The translations under genes were made by a program, and so were the position numbers. From assembly GCA_041287245.1 (NCBI GenBank), contig JBEULP010000117.1, positions 224,001-288,000 of the forward strand: DNA of 64,000 bases, in the 5' to 3' direction. The DNA comes from Infirmifilum sp. GTDB lineage: Archaea; Thermoproteota; Thermoprotei; Thermofilales; Thermofilaceae. Every line of letters begins with the position of its first letter. Within the stretch, counting starts at the first letter, position 1. The notes below the pieces were generated by a model that was not told the origin of the DNA, made no database searches, and saw only the letters and a program-made list of their open reading frames with translations. Positions 9,162 to 18,989 of this stretch are shown piece by piece.

Positions 9162-9920
9162 TTAAGCGCTTATAAGCTCATACACGCGGTCCTCAAGCTT
9201 TTGGAACTCAGGTGACCTTCTATCACGCGGCCTCGGAAGGTTTACTTCAATGATCCCGGCAATCTTAGCTGGTCTAGCTGTGAGAACCATTAACCTGTCA
9301 GCCATCATTATAGCCTCGTCGACGCTATGTGTGACCATTATAATCGTTCTGACAGAGGTTACACCCCACAACCATAGATCGATAACTTCAGAGCGCAGAG
9401 ATTCAGCCGTAAGGGGGTCTAGCGCCGAGAAAGGTTCATCCATCAAGAGAATAACTGGTTCTATTGCAAGGGCGCGTGCAATATTGACTCTCTGCCTCAT
9501 ACCCCCACTTAATTCACGAGGATAAAACTCCTCAAACGACTGTAATCCTACAAGCGAAAGGTATTTTCTCGCCTTTTCTTTAGCCTCGTCCCAGCCCAGG
9601 CCGTTAACACGTAGAGGAAGCGCTACGTTTTCGAGGACAGTCATCCAGGGGAGCAGAGTCGGGAATTGAAATATAAAACCAATCTTTGAGTCTTTCCTGT
9701 GTAAAACTATTTCACCAGAATCAGGCTTTTCCAGTCCAGCTATGATTCTCAGGAGAGTTGTCTTACCACAGCCGGATGGGCCCAGTATTGCGACAAATTC
9801 TTCATTAATGTCTACGGTTATGCCGTCAAGCACTTTCAGGGTCTTGGAATCCTCGGTGAATGACTTCGTAATATTCCTCAGGGAAAGAATGACGTTTTTC
9901 GTCCTCTCCATGCTCATCAT
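9162..9920 (-). CDS. ABC transporter ATP-binding protein (NitT/TauT family)
   Basis: GPSGCGKTT, LSGGMRQR, LLMDEPFSALD, VTH, LPRPRDR. Confidence 0.95.
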   Translation of the reverse strand: MMSMERTKNVILSLRNITKSFTEDSKTLKVLDGITVDINEEFVAILGPSGCGKTTLLRIIAGLEKPDSGEIVLHRKDSKIGFIFQFPTLLPWMTVLENVALPLRVNGLGWDEAKEKARKYLSLVGLQSFEEFYPRELSGGMRQRVNIARALAIEPVILLMDEPFSALDPLTAESLRSEVIDLWLWGVTSVRTIIMVTHSVDEAIMMADRLMVLTARPAKIAGIIEVNLPRPRDRRSPEFQKLEDRVYELISA

Positions 9921-11446
9921 TCTTCACCTCCATATTTACCTTCAAGGTAGTTGAATACTCTTGACCAAAATGTCTTGTTAATCAAAACTATTACGAGTGA
10001 TAGAGCGACTGCAGATAACACAAGCCCCGTAGCATCACCATTGATGGTCAATTTGTTCAGTAGAGCGCCTACCCCTCCTAGGTCTATAACTTTATTTTCA
10101 ATGCTAACATATTCCGCCACGACGCTTGCGTTCCACGCGCCACCCCAGGCACTAAGTGCCCCTGTAGCCACAGAGGGAAGTAGCGAGGGAATAAAAACGT
10201 AGCGGAAAAAGCTAAAACCGCGGATTCTGTAGACTGAGGACAGCTCTTCAAATTCCCTCTTGATGCTCGCTAAACCGTATACTAAAACGTTGAAATAAAG
10301 ATACCAGAAGGAACCCTGTAGAAAGACAATTGCGCTCACCAAATATGGTCCAAAGGAGTATTTCAAAGCTATTGTAGAGAGAAGTGGCCACCATACGATA
10401 GCGGGTAAAGAGGCTAAAGCTTCTCCAATGATAGACATGGATTTACCTATAATAAGGGATTTATAGGAAAAATAGGCTATAAAAAGGGAAAGCGTAAAGG
10501 AGAACATGACGATTGAGGCTATTCTAGCGAGTGTTAAAGGTATTTCTTGAAAAACAGGTATGGTTTTCGCCATGATTTCAGGTATGTTTAGGGTGACAGC
10601 AGCCTCTCCCAGCTGAATTAATACTAGAGCAACGAGTATGCCTAGAATAGCCTTCACTAGAATCGAGAGAAAGCCTCTCATAGGGGATATTTTCTTTTCA
10701 ACGGTTAGACAAACTCCGGTTAACGCTCGCCAAATAACAGCAACCAACTCATGAACCTTCTCATAGAAACTCACCACTCCGGGTAGTGGCAGTCCAAGCG
10801 TTGTTGCTGCTGCCGGATTCCACAAGGTCATATACGTCAGGATTATGAGGGTTAGTAGGGTAGCTACTCCTAGAGAGAATCCAAACATGTCTCCAGAGTT
10901 GAAATGTTCGATTGTAAAGCTTCCAAGACCAACTAACTTGTACGCTGCATTTCCTAGAGAGACAACCTCAGCTGAGGTTAGGAAAAACCATCCTCCAGCC
11001 CAGGACACAAGGCTGTTTGCTATAAGTGATCTGCGAGAAGCGGGGGTGTATATAAAGAAGAAGCGGGCGGCGTGTCCAAAGCCATAAACTCTCGCTAAAT
11101 CTTCATAGGCAGGATCAAGGGATTTTACGGATGAATAAACCCCAAATATCATGTTCCAGACAAGGCTCGTGATTATTAAGAATATGGAGGCGAGCTCCAA
11201 GCCTATTCTTTCAGGCAAATAAGTGACAAATAAAAGTAAGGCTGCTGGGAAGAAGCCGAGTATCGGGATAGACTGAAGTATATCCAAGACTGGAAGGAGA
11301 ATACTTTCGATAATCTTGTTTCTAGCCATGGCGCTTCCTAAGATTAGGGATAGAATAACCGAGAGGATGTAAGCCGTGGCCATTCTGTATAAGCTGGCTG
11401 AAGATGCAAGGAGTAATTCGGTATAGAGCGACACGCCACCCACCAT
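9917..11446 (-). CDS. ABC transporter permease (NitT/TauT family, duplicated domain)
   Basis: LDILQSIPILGFFP, SWAGGWFFLTSAE, AWGGAWNASVVAEY; many TM helices. Confidence 0.92.
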   Translation of the reverse strand: MVGGVSLYTELLLASSASLYRMATAYILSVILSLILGSAMARNKIIESILLPVLDILQSIPILGFFPAALLLFVTYLPERIGLELASIFLIITSLVWNMIFGVYSSVKSLDPAYEDLARVYGFGHAARFFFIYTPASRRSLIANSLVSWAGGWFFLTSAEVVSLGNAAYKLVGLGSFTIEHFNSGDMFGFSLGVATLLTLIILTYMTLWNPAAATTLGLPLPGVVSFYEKVHELVAVIWRALTGVCLTVEKKISPMRGFLSILVKAILGILVALVLIQLGEAAVTLNIPEIMAKTIPVFQEIPLTLARIASIVMFSFTLSLFIAYFSYKSLIIGKSMSIIGEALASLPAIVWWPLLSTIALKYSFGPYLVSAIVFLQGSFWYLYFNVLVYGLASIKREFEELSSVYRIRGFSFFRYVFIPSLLPSVATGALSAWGGAWNASVVAEYVSIENKVIDLGGVGALLNKLTINGDATGLVLSAVALSLVIVLINKTFWSRVFNYLEGKYGGEE

Positions 11447-11526
11447 TTTACATTATGGATATACGAAATAGAAAAGTTAAAAAATGTAGCTCGCAGTGAA
11501 TTATTAATAGAGGGTGAAAATAGTAA

Positions 11527-12021
11527 GTGTCCGAGGATTCAAGTAAAAGTAAGTTTCATAAAATCTTGCTCCCTGTCGACGTAACCCCCGATCACGTCCT
11601 CGGGCTTGTCGAGGTTCTTCACAGCTTAGGGGGTAGCGTCGACTCCATGTACGTGGGCGATGCTGTGAACGAGAACATAAAAGTCCTGCCTAAAGCTATC
11701 GATGTTGCCGAGGCGCTGGGACTTATTAAAGCTGAACAAGGGAATCTCACGCTTACGGAAATAGGCAAGAAAATAGCTTCCAGTGACCCTAAAAGCTTAA
11801 AGTATATCTTGAAAACCGCTATTAGAAAACTGGATCCCTTAATAGAATTAGTAGACGTATTGACGAAGCAAAAGAAAATGTCAGTGGAAAAATTTGAGGA
11901 AATCATAGCCAAGTACTATCCCGGGAGAGTTGAAGAAGCGATGAAAAATATTCTCATCTGGGGCGCCTTCCTTAATATATTTAAAATGGATGAGGATGAC
12001 GAGGAAATTCATTTAATATAG
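11527..12021 (+). CDS. Stand-alone AAA-associated C-terminal domain protein (winged-helix-like)
   Basis: LPVDVTPDHVLGLVEVL...AEALGLIKAEQGNLTLTEIGK...LIWG, matching the domain normally fused to ATPases of this NitT/TauT subfamily. Confidence 0.75.
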   Translation: MSEDSSKSKFHKILLPVDVTPDHVLGLVEVLHSLGGSVDSMYVGDAVNENIKVLPKAIDVAEALGLIKAEQGNLTLTEIGKKIASSDPKSLKYILKTAIRKLDPLIELVDVLTKQKKMSVEKFEEIIAKYYPGRVEEAMKNILIWGAFLNIFKMDEDDEEIHLI

Positions 12022-12036
12022 AACTTTTAATATGAA

Positions 12037-12090
12037 CATGAGGATGAGATTCGCTAGGGCCGATCGATGAGGCTTACGGCGGAGGCTGAA
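12037..12090 (+). ncRNA. C/D-box sRNA candidate
   Basis: C AGGATGA 12041-12047, 12-nt guide, D' CCGA 12060-12063, C' CGATGA 12065-12070, 15-nt guide, D CTGA 12086-12089; fills the gap between convergent genes; TTTAATAT at 12012-12019. Confidence 0.75.
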
Positions 12091-12588
12091 TCAGAACAAT
12101 GTTTTCTGTTTCGTCCCCCTCTTCTCAATATTCTCTGGAAAACTATCACGCACCGGAAGATAGACTTTCTCATAAAAATCCTTTTGTGAGAGAAGAGTAC
12201 CGCGGTCGAAGCTGGAAACATAGTCTACAGCTATTCTCCAGATCTCTTCAAAATTCATATAGTCTGATAGCTTCCTAGAGACTTCCCGGTAGAAATCCTC
12301 TGGCCTCTGCTCTTCTCCTCCAATGGTAAACCACCCATTGGGACTTATATAAGCAGCCTCGTCTCCAACCTGAACAATGTTACGGGTAGGAGTCTCCTGA
12401 GCGGGGCTTTTCTCGGCCCTCCCTCTAGAAGCAGCTACGGGCACACCCCTCTTCTTTGCCCATGCGTAGAAAATAGCTCTGTTCAACCCAAAGGAAAAAG
12501 CTTTCTCCTTGTCGCCAGTAAGAACATAGTACCTCGCGGCTTGCAGAAGAGCCATAACTTCGAACCTTCCAATCTTAGAACGCCTCAC
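12091..12588 (-). CDS. Conserved-looking hypothetical protein
   Basis: 165 aa ORF overlapping the adk 3' end; motif-like GRFEVMALLQAAR...GLNRAIFYAWAK. Confidence 0.75.
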   Translation of the reverse strand: MRRSKIGRFEVMALLQAARYYVLTGDKEKAFSFGLNRAIFYAWAKKRGVPVAASRGRAEKSPAQETPTRNIVQVGDEAAYISPNGWFTIGGEEQRPEDFYREVSRKLSDYMNFEEIWRIAVDYVSSFDRGTLLSQKDFYEKVYLPVRDSFPENIEKRGTKQKTLF

Positions 12589-13291
12589 GAGGATTAAGAG
12601 GCTTTTTTAAAGATAAATCTAACTTGTCGTAAGAGATAACAGCTGTTTCCTCGTGAGTCAGAAAACTTCTTAGTTCTTCAAGGAGGATGGGTATACCTAT
12701 GCTTGCGTCACGGCTTGCGTCGAAGAACAAAAGCTTTTCTCTCTCTTTGTAGAATTCAACGACAGGACTTATTGTCTTCATATACTCCTCGTATCTATGC
12801 CTAACTATTTCCTCAGAGTCGTCCTCTCTTCGAACCAGTTGCGTCCCACATACATCACAATACCCCCTCCTGGCAGGGGGCTTCCATCTTTCATGGTAAA
12901 CCTTTCCGCAAACAGGGCAATACAGCCTCCCCGAGACTCTCTCGACAACAACTTCTAGAGGCGCGTGGAGTAAAACCGCAACATCTAAAGGGTAGCGCTC
13001 CTCTAAAGTAAGAGCCTGGGAAATCGTCCTCGGATACCCATCCAGAATAAATCCCTGCTTGCAGTCCGGCTGGGCGAGACGCTCAAATAAAATCTTGTTT
13101 ACAATATCATCAGGGACTAGGAGTCCTCTGGAAACATACAGCGAAATCTCGCAGCCTAAAGAGGTACCAGCTTTAACTTCACGCCGTAAGAGTTCACCGG
13201 TTGAGATGTGAGGAATGTGGAGTTGCATCGCCAGGTTAGAAGCATACGTTCCTTTTCCCACACCCGGCGGACCTAAAAGGGAAAGTCTGAT
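12575..13291 (-). CDS. adk: Adenylate kinase, long bacterial-type with Zn-LID
   Basis: In-frame extension upstream of track start gives IRLSLLGPPGVGKGT (P-loop); HISTGELLR, GFILDGYPRT, LID CPVC...CDVC, RREDD; true start uncertain (see findings). Confidence 0.92.
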   Translation of the reverse strand: MRLSLLGPPGVGKGTYASNLAMQLHIPHISTGELLRREVKAGTSLGCEISLYVSRGLLVPDDIVNKILFERLAQPDCKQGFILDGYPRTISQALTLEERYPLDVAVLLHAPLEVVVERVSGRLYCPVCGKVYHERWKPPARRGYCDVCGTQLVRREDDSEEIVRHRYEEYMKTISPVVEFYKEREKLLFFDASRDASIGIPILLEELRSFLTHEETAVISYDKLDLSLKKPLNPREAF

Positions 13292-13396
13292 GGTTCTCCC
13301 GGAAATTGATTAACAATGGCTATTAATAAACTTTTCCTAACCCATGACGGAATCTATTCAAATCAAGCTTAAATAGCTGGAGTTTCAACATAACCT

Positions 13397-14800
13397 GTGC
13401 CGGAAGCGCTGGAGGAGAAAAACATCCTCTATTTTATGACTATACCTATACCGGTACACATAAAAAATCTTATTGCCTCTGGGGATTTCGAGAAAGCCTC
13501 GAAAGAGATAGATAGCCTATTAAGCAAGGCTAGCAAACCTGAGAGGATAAGATTTTTGTTTGAAAAGGATAGAATCATGCGTTTTGAGAGAGAGTTTCCC
13601 CTCAGCCCCGAGGAGTCTTTCACTCTTGCCTCTCAAGAGATCGAGTCCTTATCTCAATCTGAGTTCCAACGGCTGATCGAGAGGGGGTGTGTTGACCACA
13701 TAACCCATAAAAATGGGATCAGGGTTTTTAGGCGTTTCATTCCAAACATGTTTTGGCTTTGTCCCGAGCTTAAAACGAGAAAGATTAGGGGAGAAAGCGA
13801 GCTGGGGGCTATAGAGAAAGAAGCCCTCTATTGGAGGGCTTCAAGGATACAAGAAGCATCTAGGGATTCCACCTCACCCTACCTCTTACCTTTAAAGTAT
13901 ACAATAAGGTTCACCCTAAGGATCCTGGAGCGGGAGAAATACCCTGGTAAGCTGCGCGTGTGGATACCTATTCCCCGAGAAGACGGGATAAACAGGGCTT
14001 TTAAAGTTCTCGAGTCTAAACCACCTTTTAAGCACATAGCCCCGCCCGAGCATCCTCAGAGGACAATATATTTCGAGCTCACCGAGGAAGATGCTATTTC
14101 ACTCCTATATGAGTTCGTCTCCTACGGCTACCACGCGAAGGTCGATCCTGACTCCGCTAGGGTCACTGAGGAAAGCGAAATCCTTGAAGAATACACTGCT
14201 GAAAAACCACCCCACATTGTTTTCAGCGACTACCTCGTGGGTCTCACGCGGAAGATTGTCGGGGAAGAGAAAAACCCTCTTAAAATAGCTCAAAGAATAT
14301 GGCTATGGGTAACCTCTAATGTCCGTTACACTTACGCAATGGACTATGCTTTATACGACAACATCAGCGAGTATGTGGCGAAGAACCTCCGCGGAGACTG
14401 TGGAATGCAGGCTATCCTATTTATAACGATGGCGAGAATAGCCGGAATACCGGCGAGATGGCAGTCGGGGTGGTATCTCAACCCTGTTAGACCTGGTATG
14501 CACGACTGGGCCCAGATACACGTCGAGCCCTACGGATGGCTATACGTAGACCCTAGCTTTGGGAACAAAGCAAAGGGTGATGACTGGCGAAACACATTTT
14601 ACTTCGGCTCGATTGAGGGTTATAGGCTTGCTGCGAACATCGACATTTCTCGGCAGTTCGACCCTCCAAAGGTATTTTTCAGGTCTGATCCTGTCGACAA
14701 CCAGCAAGGAGAGGTTGAGTCAGATGAAGGAAACTTGTACTACGGCAACTGGGAAAGTAAACTTGAAGTGATAGAGGTTGAAAAACTGAAGAAAAATTAG
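13397..14800 (+). CDS. Transglutaminase-like superfamily protein (putative cysteine protease)
   Basis: Catalytic triad motifs GDCG, HDWAQ, WLYVDPS; RIAGIPAR. Confidence 0.9.
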   Translation: MPEALEEKNILYFMTIPIPVHIKNLIASGDFEKASKEIDSLLSKASKPERIRFLFEKDRIMRFEREFPLSPEESFTLASQEIESLSQSEFQRLIERGCVDHITHKNGIRVFRRFIPNMFWLCPELKTRKIRGESELGAIEKEALYWRASRIQEASRDSTSPYLLPLKYTIRFTLRILEREKYPGKLRVWIPIPREDGINRAFKVLESKPPFKHIAPPEHPQRTIYFELTEEDAISLLYEFVSYGYHAKVDPDSARVTEESEILEEYTAEKPPHIVFSDYLVGLTRKIVGEEKNPLKIAQRIWLWVTSNVRYTYAMDYALYDNISEYVAKNLRGDCGMQAILFITMARIAGIPARWQSGWYLNPVRPGMHDWAQIHVEPYGWLYVDPSFGNKAKGDDWRNTFYFGSIEGYRLAANIDISRQFDPPKVFFRSDPVDNQQGEVESDEGNLYYGNWESKLEVIEVEKLKKN

Positions 14801-16074
14801 ATTCTATCCTTAGGGTACGACTTGTAGATAATTAACCAGCAGAGCAAAGCCAGGAGCCATAGTGAGACCGTAATGGAAGCTGACAAGGTCATCGAAGAAA
14901 TTATCTCGCCTTTTACGGCAACGGTTCTTAAAAGCCACGGATAGAATATTGGTCCTAGCGTCCAGCCGAGGTTGTTCAGAATACTGTAGATAGCGAATAC
15001 AGTACCCCTATGCTCAGGCACGACCACCTCGCTTAGAATTGTGTTAATGTTTGGATATGCGAAGGTGGTAAACATCATTCCCAACGTGGCTAGGAGAGCT
15101 GGCAACACTAGGCTTGAAAAGTCTGCTGCACCATAGGGGTATGGATATAGGATCATTGCAAGCATTGAGATATATCCTATTGTAACTCCGACAAGCGAGA
15201 CCTTTGTCCTTCCACTGATGTCTCCCCTCTTAACCATCCTATCACTTATAGTGCCTCCAATAATGTGTCCCAGAGCTATGGAAAGTGTAGCTAAGGCAAT
15301 GATAAGAGAGGCTGTTCCACGAGGAATCCCCCACTTCGTTTGTATGTAGTCTATTGACCAAACGCTGAGCATTCCCCATGGAATGGTCCAGGGGACTATC
15401 ATTAAGAGCATGACAAGGATGGTTTTCTTCCGTAGGCTTGGAATCGCGTCTCGGAATCTATAGGTCTTAATCTCTTTTTTAGCCTCTGAATAGCCAATGG
15501 TTATACCCTTGGAGGAAATGTATAACATCAAGGTCGTTATAAGTACAAGTAAGCCTGAAATCACGTATGCAACGCGCCAGGGTAGGAGTACCCCTGCGAC
15601 AATGATACCGAGGATCATTGCTAAAACACTTGAAACATAGTATAAGGCATAGCCTTTCCCTCTTCTCTCCGGAGGAACAGCGTCTGAAATAAAAGCATAA
15701 ATTGCTGGGCCAACTCCGACGTAGCCGACACCAAAAAGGACGAAATATGTTAAAAGCTGTTGATAAGTAGAAGCCGTTGGAATTATAATAAGGCTAACGC
15801 CCATCACTAGCCCGAGTAAAAGCAGTATAGGTCTGCGTCCAAGTTTATCGGCGAGGATTCCCCAGAAGAAGGATAGAACTAGCCCCACGCCTTGTAGAGA
15901 CGTAGCTATAAGCCCGCCGTAAAATCTCCATTCAGCTTCGGTCGTACCGGGGATCAGATTCTCCTGGTGTAATGTCTGCATTATCGGGTTAAGCATGTAG
16001 TAGCCCATGAAATAGGATAGTACCAATATGGCAAGAGACCCTAGTACTATATTCTGTTTTGCTCCTCCCTCCAT
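14797..16074 (-). CDS. MFS transporter
   Basis: GILADKLGRRP motif A; about 12 TM helices. Confidence 0.92.
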   Translation of the reverse strand: MEGGAKQNIVLGSLAILVLSYFMGYYMLNPIMQTLHQENLIPGTTEAEWRFYGGLIATSLQGVGLVLSFFWGILADKLGRRPILLLLGLVMGVSLIIIPTASTYQQLLTYFVLFGVGYVGVGPAIYAFISDAVPPERRGKGYALYYVSSVLAMILGIIVAGVLLPWRVAYVISGLLVLITTLMLYISSKGITIGYSEAKKEIKTYRFRDAIPSLRKKTILVMLLMIVPWTIPWGMLSVWSIDYIQTKWGIPRGTASLIIALATLSIALGHIIGGTISDRMVKRGDISGRTKVSLVGVTIGYISMLAMILYPYPYGAADFSSLVLPALLATLGMMFTTFAYPNINTILSEVVVPEHRGTVFAIYSILNNLGWTLGPIFYPWLLRTVAVKGEIISSMTLSASITVSLWLLALLCWLIIYKSYPKDRI

Positions 16075-16971
16075 TTACAACCACCTGTTTAAGAAACTTA
16101 CAATTCTCTCCTCGTATTCCTTAGGATAATCTGATATTGCAGATACGTGCGCCGATGAAGTCAGCCATAGTTCAGCCTTTTCATTTCCCTTGCGTAACTC
16201 ATCGTAGAACCTTTTTATTTCCTCGGGGGCTACGAGGTCATCTCGAGCACCAGCTATGATAAGTATCGGGATCTTTATCTTTCCGGCAAAATCGTACATT
16301 ACTAGCTTCTCGGGTCTTATACCTGCCTGCTTAGATGTAAAGTAAATGATGAGAGGGTAGGAGAGCCTGAGGAGAACACCCATAACTCCTTTAACCCTTG
16401 ACGTCCAGCGTCTGCCCGAGCTTCTAATATCGATATATGGGCTGTCTGCTACAGCGGCTTTCACTCTAGGGTCTATTGATGAGACTATTAAGGTTATAGC
16501 CCCACCCATTGAGTAGCCTATTATTCCCACCTTAGATGCGAGGTTCCTTTCCTCAAGCCAGTCTATTATGCTTCTGACATCCTCGCTCTCGCGATACCCT
16601 AGGGTGGTAAATTCCCCACTTGACTCCCCGTGGGCACGCATATCAAACACAGCTACGTTAAAACCATTCCTGGCTAGGATGTCGATCACGGGTTTCATGT
16701 ACCCCTCGTCCCACTTGCTAGAGGTGTACCCGTGTACGACGATCACAGTCTTATCAGTCCGTCCTTTGATTAACCAGCCGCGCAGAATCACTCCATCTTG
16801 TGTTCTGATCTCGTAGTTTTCATATTCATAACCTAGGTCTTTTGGAGTCCAAGTTCCCTTTTTTCGCGGAGGTTTTAGCATCTTGCCGGAAGCTATATAG
16901 GCGATTGCTATAATAAGGAGAAGGAATGATAGTAACAGCACGCCTAGTAGGATTAATATTTGTGTTATCAC
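16075..16971 (-). CDS. Membrane-anchored alpha/beta hydrolase
   Basis: N-terminal TM; HGY, DMRAHGES, GYSMGG nucleophile elbow, GARDD, SAH. Confidence 0.93.
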   Translation of the reverse strand: MITQILILLGVLLLSFLLLIIAIAYIASGKMLKPPRKKGTWTPKDLGYEYENYEIRTQDGVILRGWLIKGRTDKTVIVVHGYTSSKWDEGYMKPVIDILARNGFNVAVFDMRAHGESSGEFTTLGYRESEDVRSIIDWLEERNLASKVGIIGYSMGGAITLIVSSIDPRVKAAVADSPYIDIRSSGRRWTSRVKGVMGVLLRLSYPLIIYFTSKQAGIRPEKLVMYDFAGKIKIPILIIAGARDDLVAPEEIKRFYDELRKGNEKAELWLTSSAHVSAISDYPKEYEERIVSFLNRWL

Positions 16972-17064
16972 AAATGTTTATAAAGGAAACATTGTAATTT
17001 ATAGTTTTTGCTAGCCATAAGAAAAGTATATTTAAAAGCGGATCTGTTATTTACAGCAGAGTCA

Positions 17065-17661
17065 ATGCTTGATGAGAATGACCTGAAAGTATTGGAGGTT
17101 TTAATAAGATCTCCTAGAGCCACCATATCTGAAATCGCTCGGGAAACTGGACTAAGCCGCCCTACTGTTCGATCTAGACTTGAGAAGCTTCTCAAAAGTC
17201 AGCTCATAAAAGGGATTAGGCTGGAATTAGACGACGAAATACTTGGTGGGAAGACTTTCCTAGTATCGGTTTACAGTGAAAACCCCGAGGAAGCTTTTCA
17301 GGAGATTCTATCCCTGCCTGGTGTAGACGATGTTTTCATGGTTCAAGGGCGACCTAATATTCTCGCTTTCTTCCACGTGTATGATTTAGATTCATTGACT
17401 TGTATTATGGATCAGGTGAAAAAAATCGATAATCATGCAGAGGTTAAGCTTGTTCACAGGTGGAAAAGTGTTAACAATATTGTTGAGCGAATCGTAGCTA
17501 GCGGAAAAGGTGATCTACATTGCGAGACATGTGGAACCCGGATAAAAGGGAATCCTTACGTCTACGTTTACAGAAATAAAAAATACTTTTTCTGCTGTCC
17601 CGTCTGTAGACAAGAGTTTATAGAAAAGATAAGGAGAAATGAGCACAAAACCCAAGCATAA
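17065..17661 (+). CDS. Lrp/AsnC-type regulator with C-terminal TRASH/YHS metal-binding domain
   Basis: MLDENDLKVL HTH; C-terminal CETCG...YFFCCPVC; ATG 17065 preferred to TTG 17008. Confidence 0.88.
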   Translation: MLDENDLKVLEVLIRSPRATISEIARETGLSRPTVRSRLEKLLKSQLIKGIRLELDDEILGGKTFLVSVYSENPEEAFQEILSLPGVDDVFMVQGRPNILAFFHVYDLDSLTCIMDQVKKIDNHAEVKLVHRWKSVNNIVERIVASGKGDLHCETCGTRIKGNPYVYVYRNKKYFFCCPVCRQEFIEKIRRNEHKTQA

Positions 17662-17693
17662 AAAAATATTAATCATTTAACCTACTAGACCTC

Positions 17694-18791
17694 TTGATGA
17701 GCTACAAAATAGATGAAAAAGCCCTGGGATTTCTAAAGGAAGCGACTGAAGCTATAGGACCCTCCGGTTTCGAGGAACCAGTTTTAGCACTATTCAAAAA
17801 CCGTTACTCTGGGTATGCCGATGAAGTACGCCGAGACAATCTTGGCTCCATGGTGTTTGTGAAGAAAGGGAAGAGCGAGCAGCCCCGTGTCCTCGTAGCT
17901 GGACATGTGGACGAGGTAGGCTTCCTAGTCACAGGTATTACTAATGAAGGATTTGTAAATTTTACGACGCTAGGGGGGTGGTTTGAACAGGTTCTGCTTG
18001 CTCAGCGTGTTGTTATTAGGACAAGGAAAGGCGATGTGATCGGCGTCATAGCCAGTAAGCCGCCTCACCTCCTCACTCCTGATGAACGGCAGAAGGTTGT
18101 ACAGTTCAGCCAGATGTTCATAGACGTGGGGGCTACAAGCAAGGAGGAAGCCGAGAGCCTAGGAATAAGGGTTGGAGACCCCGTAGCCCCCTGGTCTCCA
18201 TTTACAATGACAAGGTTTGAGGATAGAATAATGGCTAAGGCTTTAGACGATAGGATAGGAGCATTCATGGCTTTGGAGGCTCTTAGGTTCCTTCGAGAAC
18301 AACACATAGAACATCCGAACACATACTACGCGGCAGCCACGGTTCAAGAAGAAGTGGGACTTAGGGGTGCTGAGACTGTTGGCTGGATTGCAGATCATGA
18401 CATTGCAATCGTAACAGAGGTTGATATTGCCGGTGACGTTCCAGGGATTAAACCAAACGAGGCTCAGGCTAAAGTAGGCAAGGGACCTACAATCGTGACG
18501 TTTGACAGATCCATGATACCTAACCAGAAACTTAAGGAATTCGTCATAGAGGTTGCAGAGGAGTGTAAAATCCCATACCAGCTATCCGCAGTATCAGGTG
18601 GAACTGATGCTGGTAGGCTCCACTTATACAGAGGAGGGCGTCCCAGTATTGTGATCGGAGTTCCGACGCGTCACATTCACAGCCATGTGAGTATTCTCAG
18701 CTTGAAGGATGTCGAGAATGCTGTAAATCTGATAGTTGAGCTTCTGAAAAGGCTGGATGAGAAGACTGTCAGGGGATTCAGATACGTATAA
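17694..18791 (+). CDS. M42 family metallo-aminopeptidase (TET-like)
   Basis: GHVDEVG, KALDDRIG, VQEEVGLRGA, GGTDAG, RHIHS. Confidence 0.95.
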   Translation: MMSYKIDEKALGFLKEATEAIGPSGFEEPVLALFKNRYSGYADEVRRDNLGSMVFVKKGKSEQPRVLVAGHVDEVGFLVTGITNEGFVNFTTLGGWFEQVLLAQRVVIRTRKGDVIGVIASKPPHLLTPDERQKVVQFSQMFIDVGATSKEEAESLGIRVGDPVAPWSPFTMTRFEDRIMAKALDDRIGAFMALEALRFLREQHIEHPNTYYAAATVQEEVGLRGAETVGWIADHDIAIVTEVDIAGDVPGIKPNEAQAKVGKGPTIVTFDRSMIPNQKLKEFVIEVAEECKIPYQLSAVSGGTDAGRLHLYRGGRPSIVIGVPTRHIHSHVSILSLKDVENAVNLIVELLKRLDEKTVRGFRYV

Positions 18792-18989
18792 CGTTCTGAA
18801 AAGGCTCACGCTGTGGTTTTTCTCCATTATTGATGGTATAACATTTAGAGGGTTCTAGCAGGAGCTATAAAAATATTTTTATCATTTTGAATATGCTATA
18901 GAAAGTACATAAAAGAAACTATTAAGAGGGTGTATTGTATTCAATTTTTTGACGGAAAACTTAAAAATAATAAAGTTAGCTGGAAAGCC

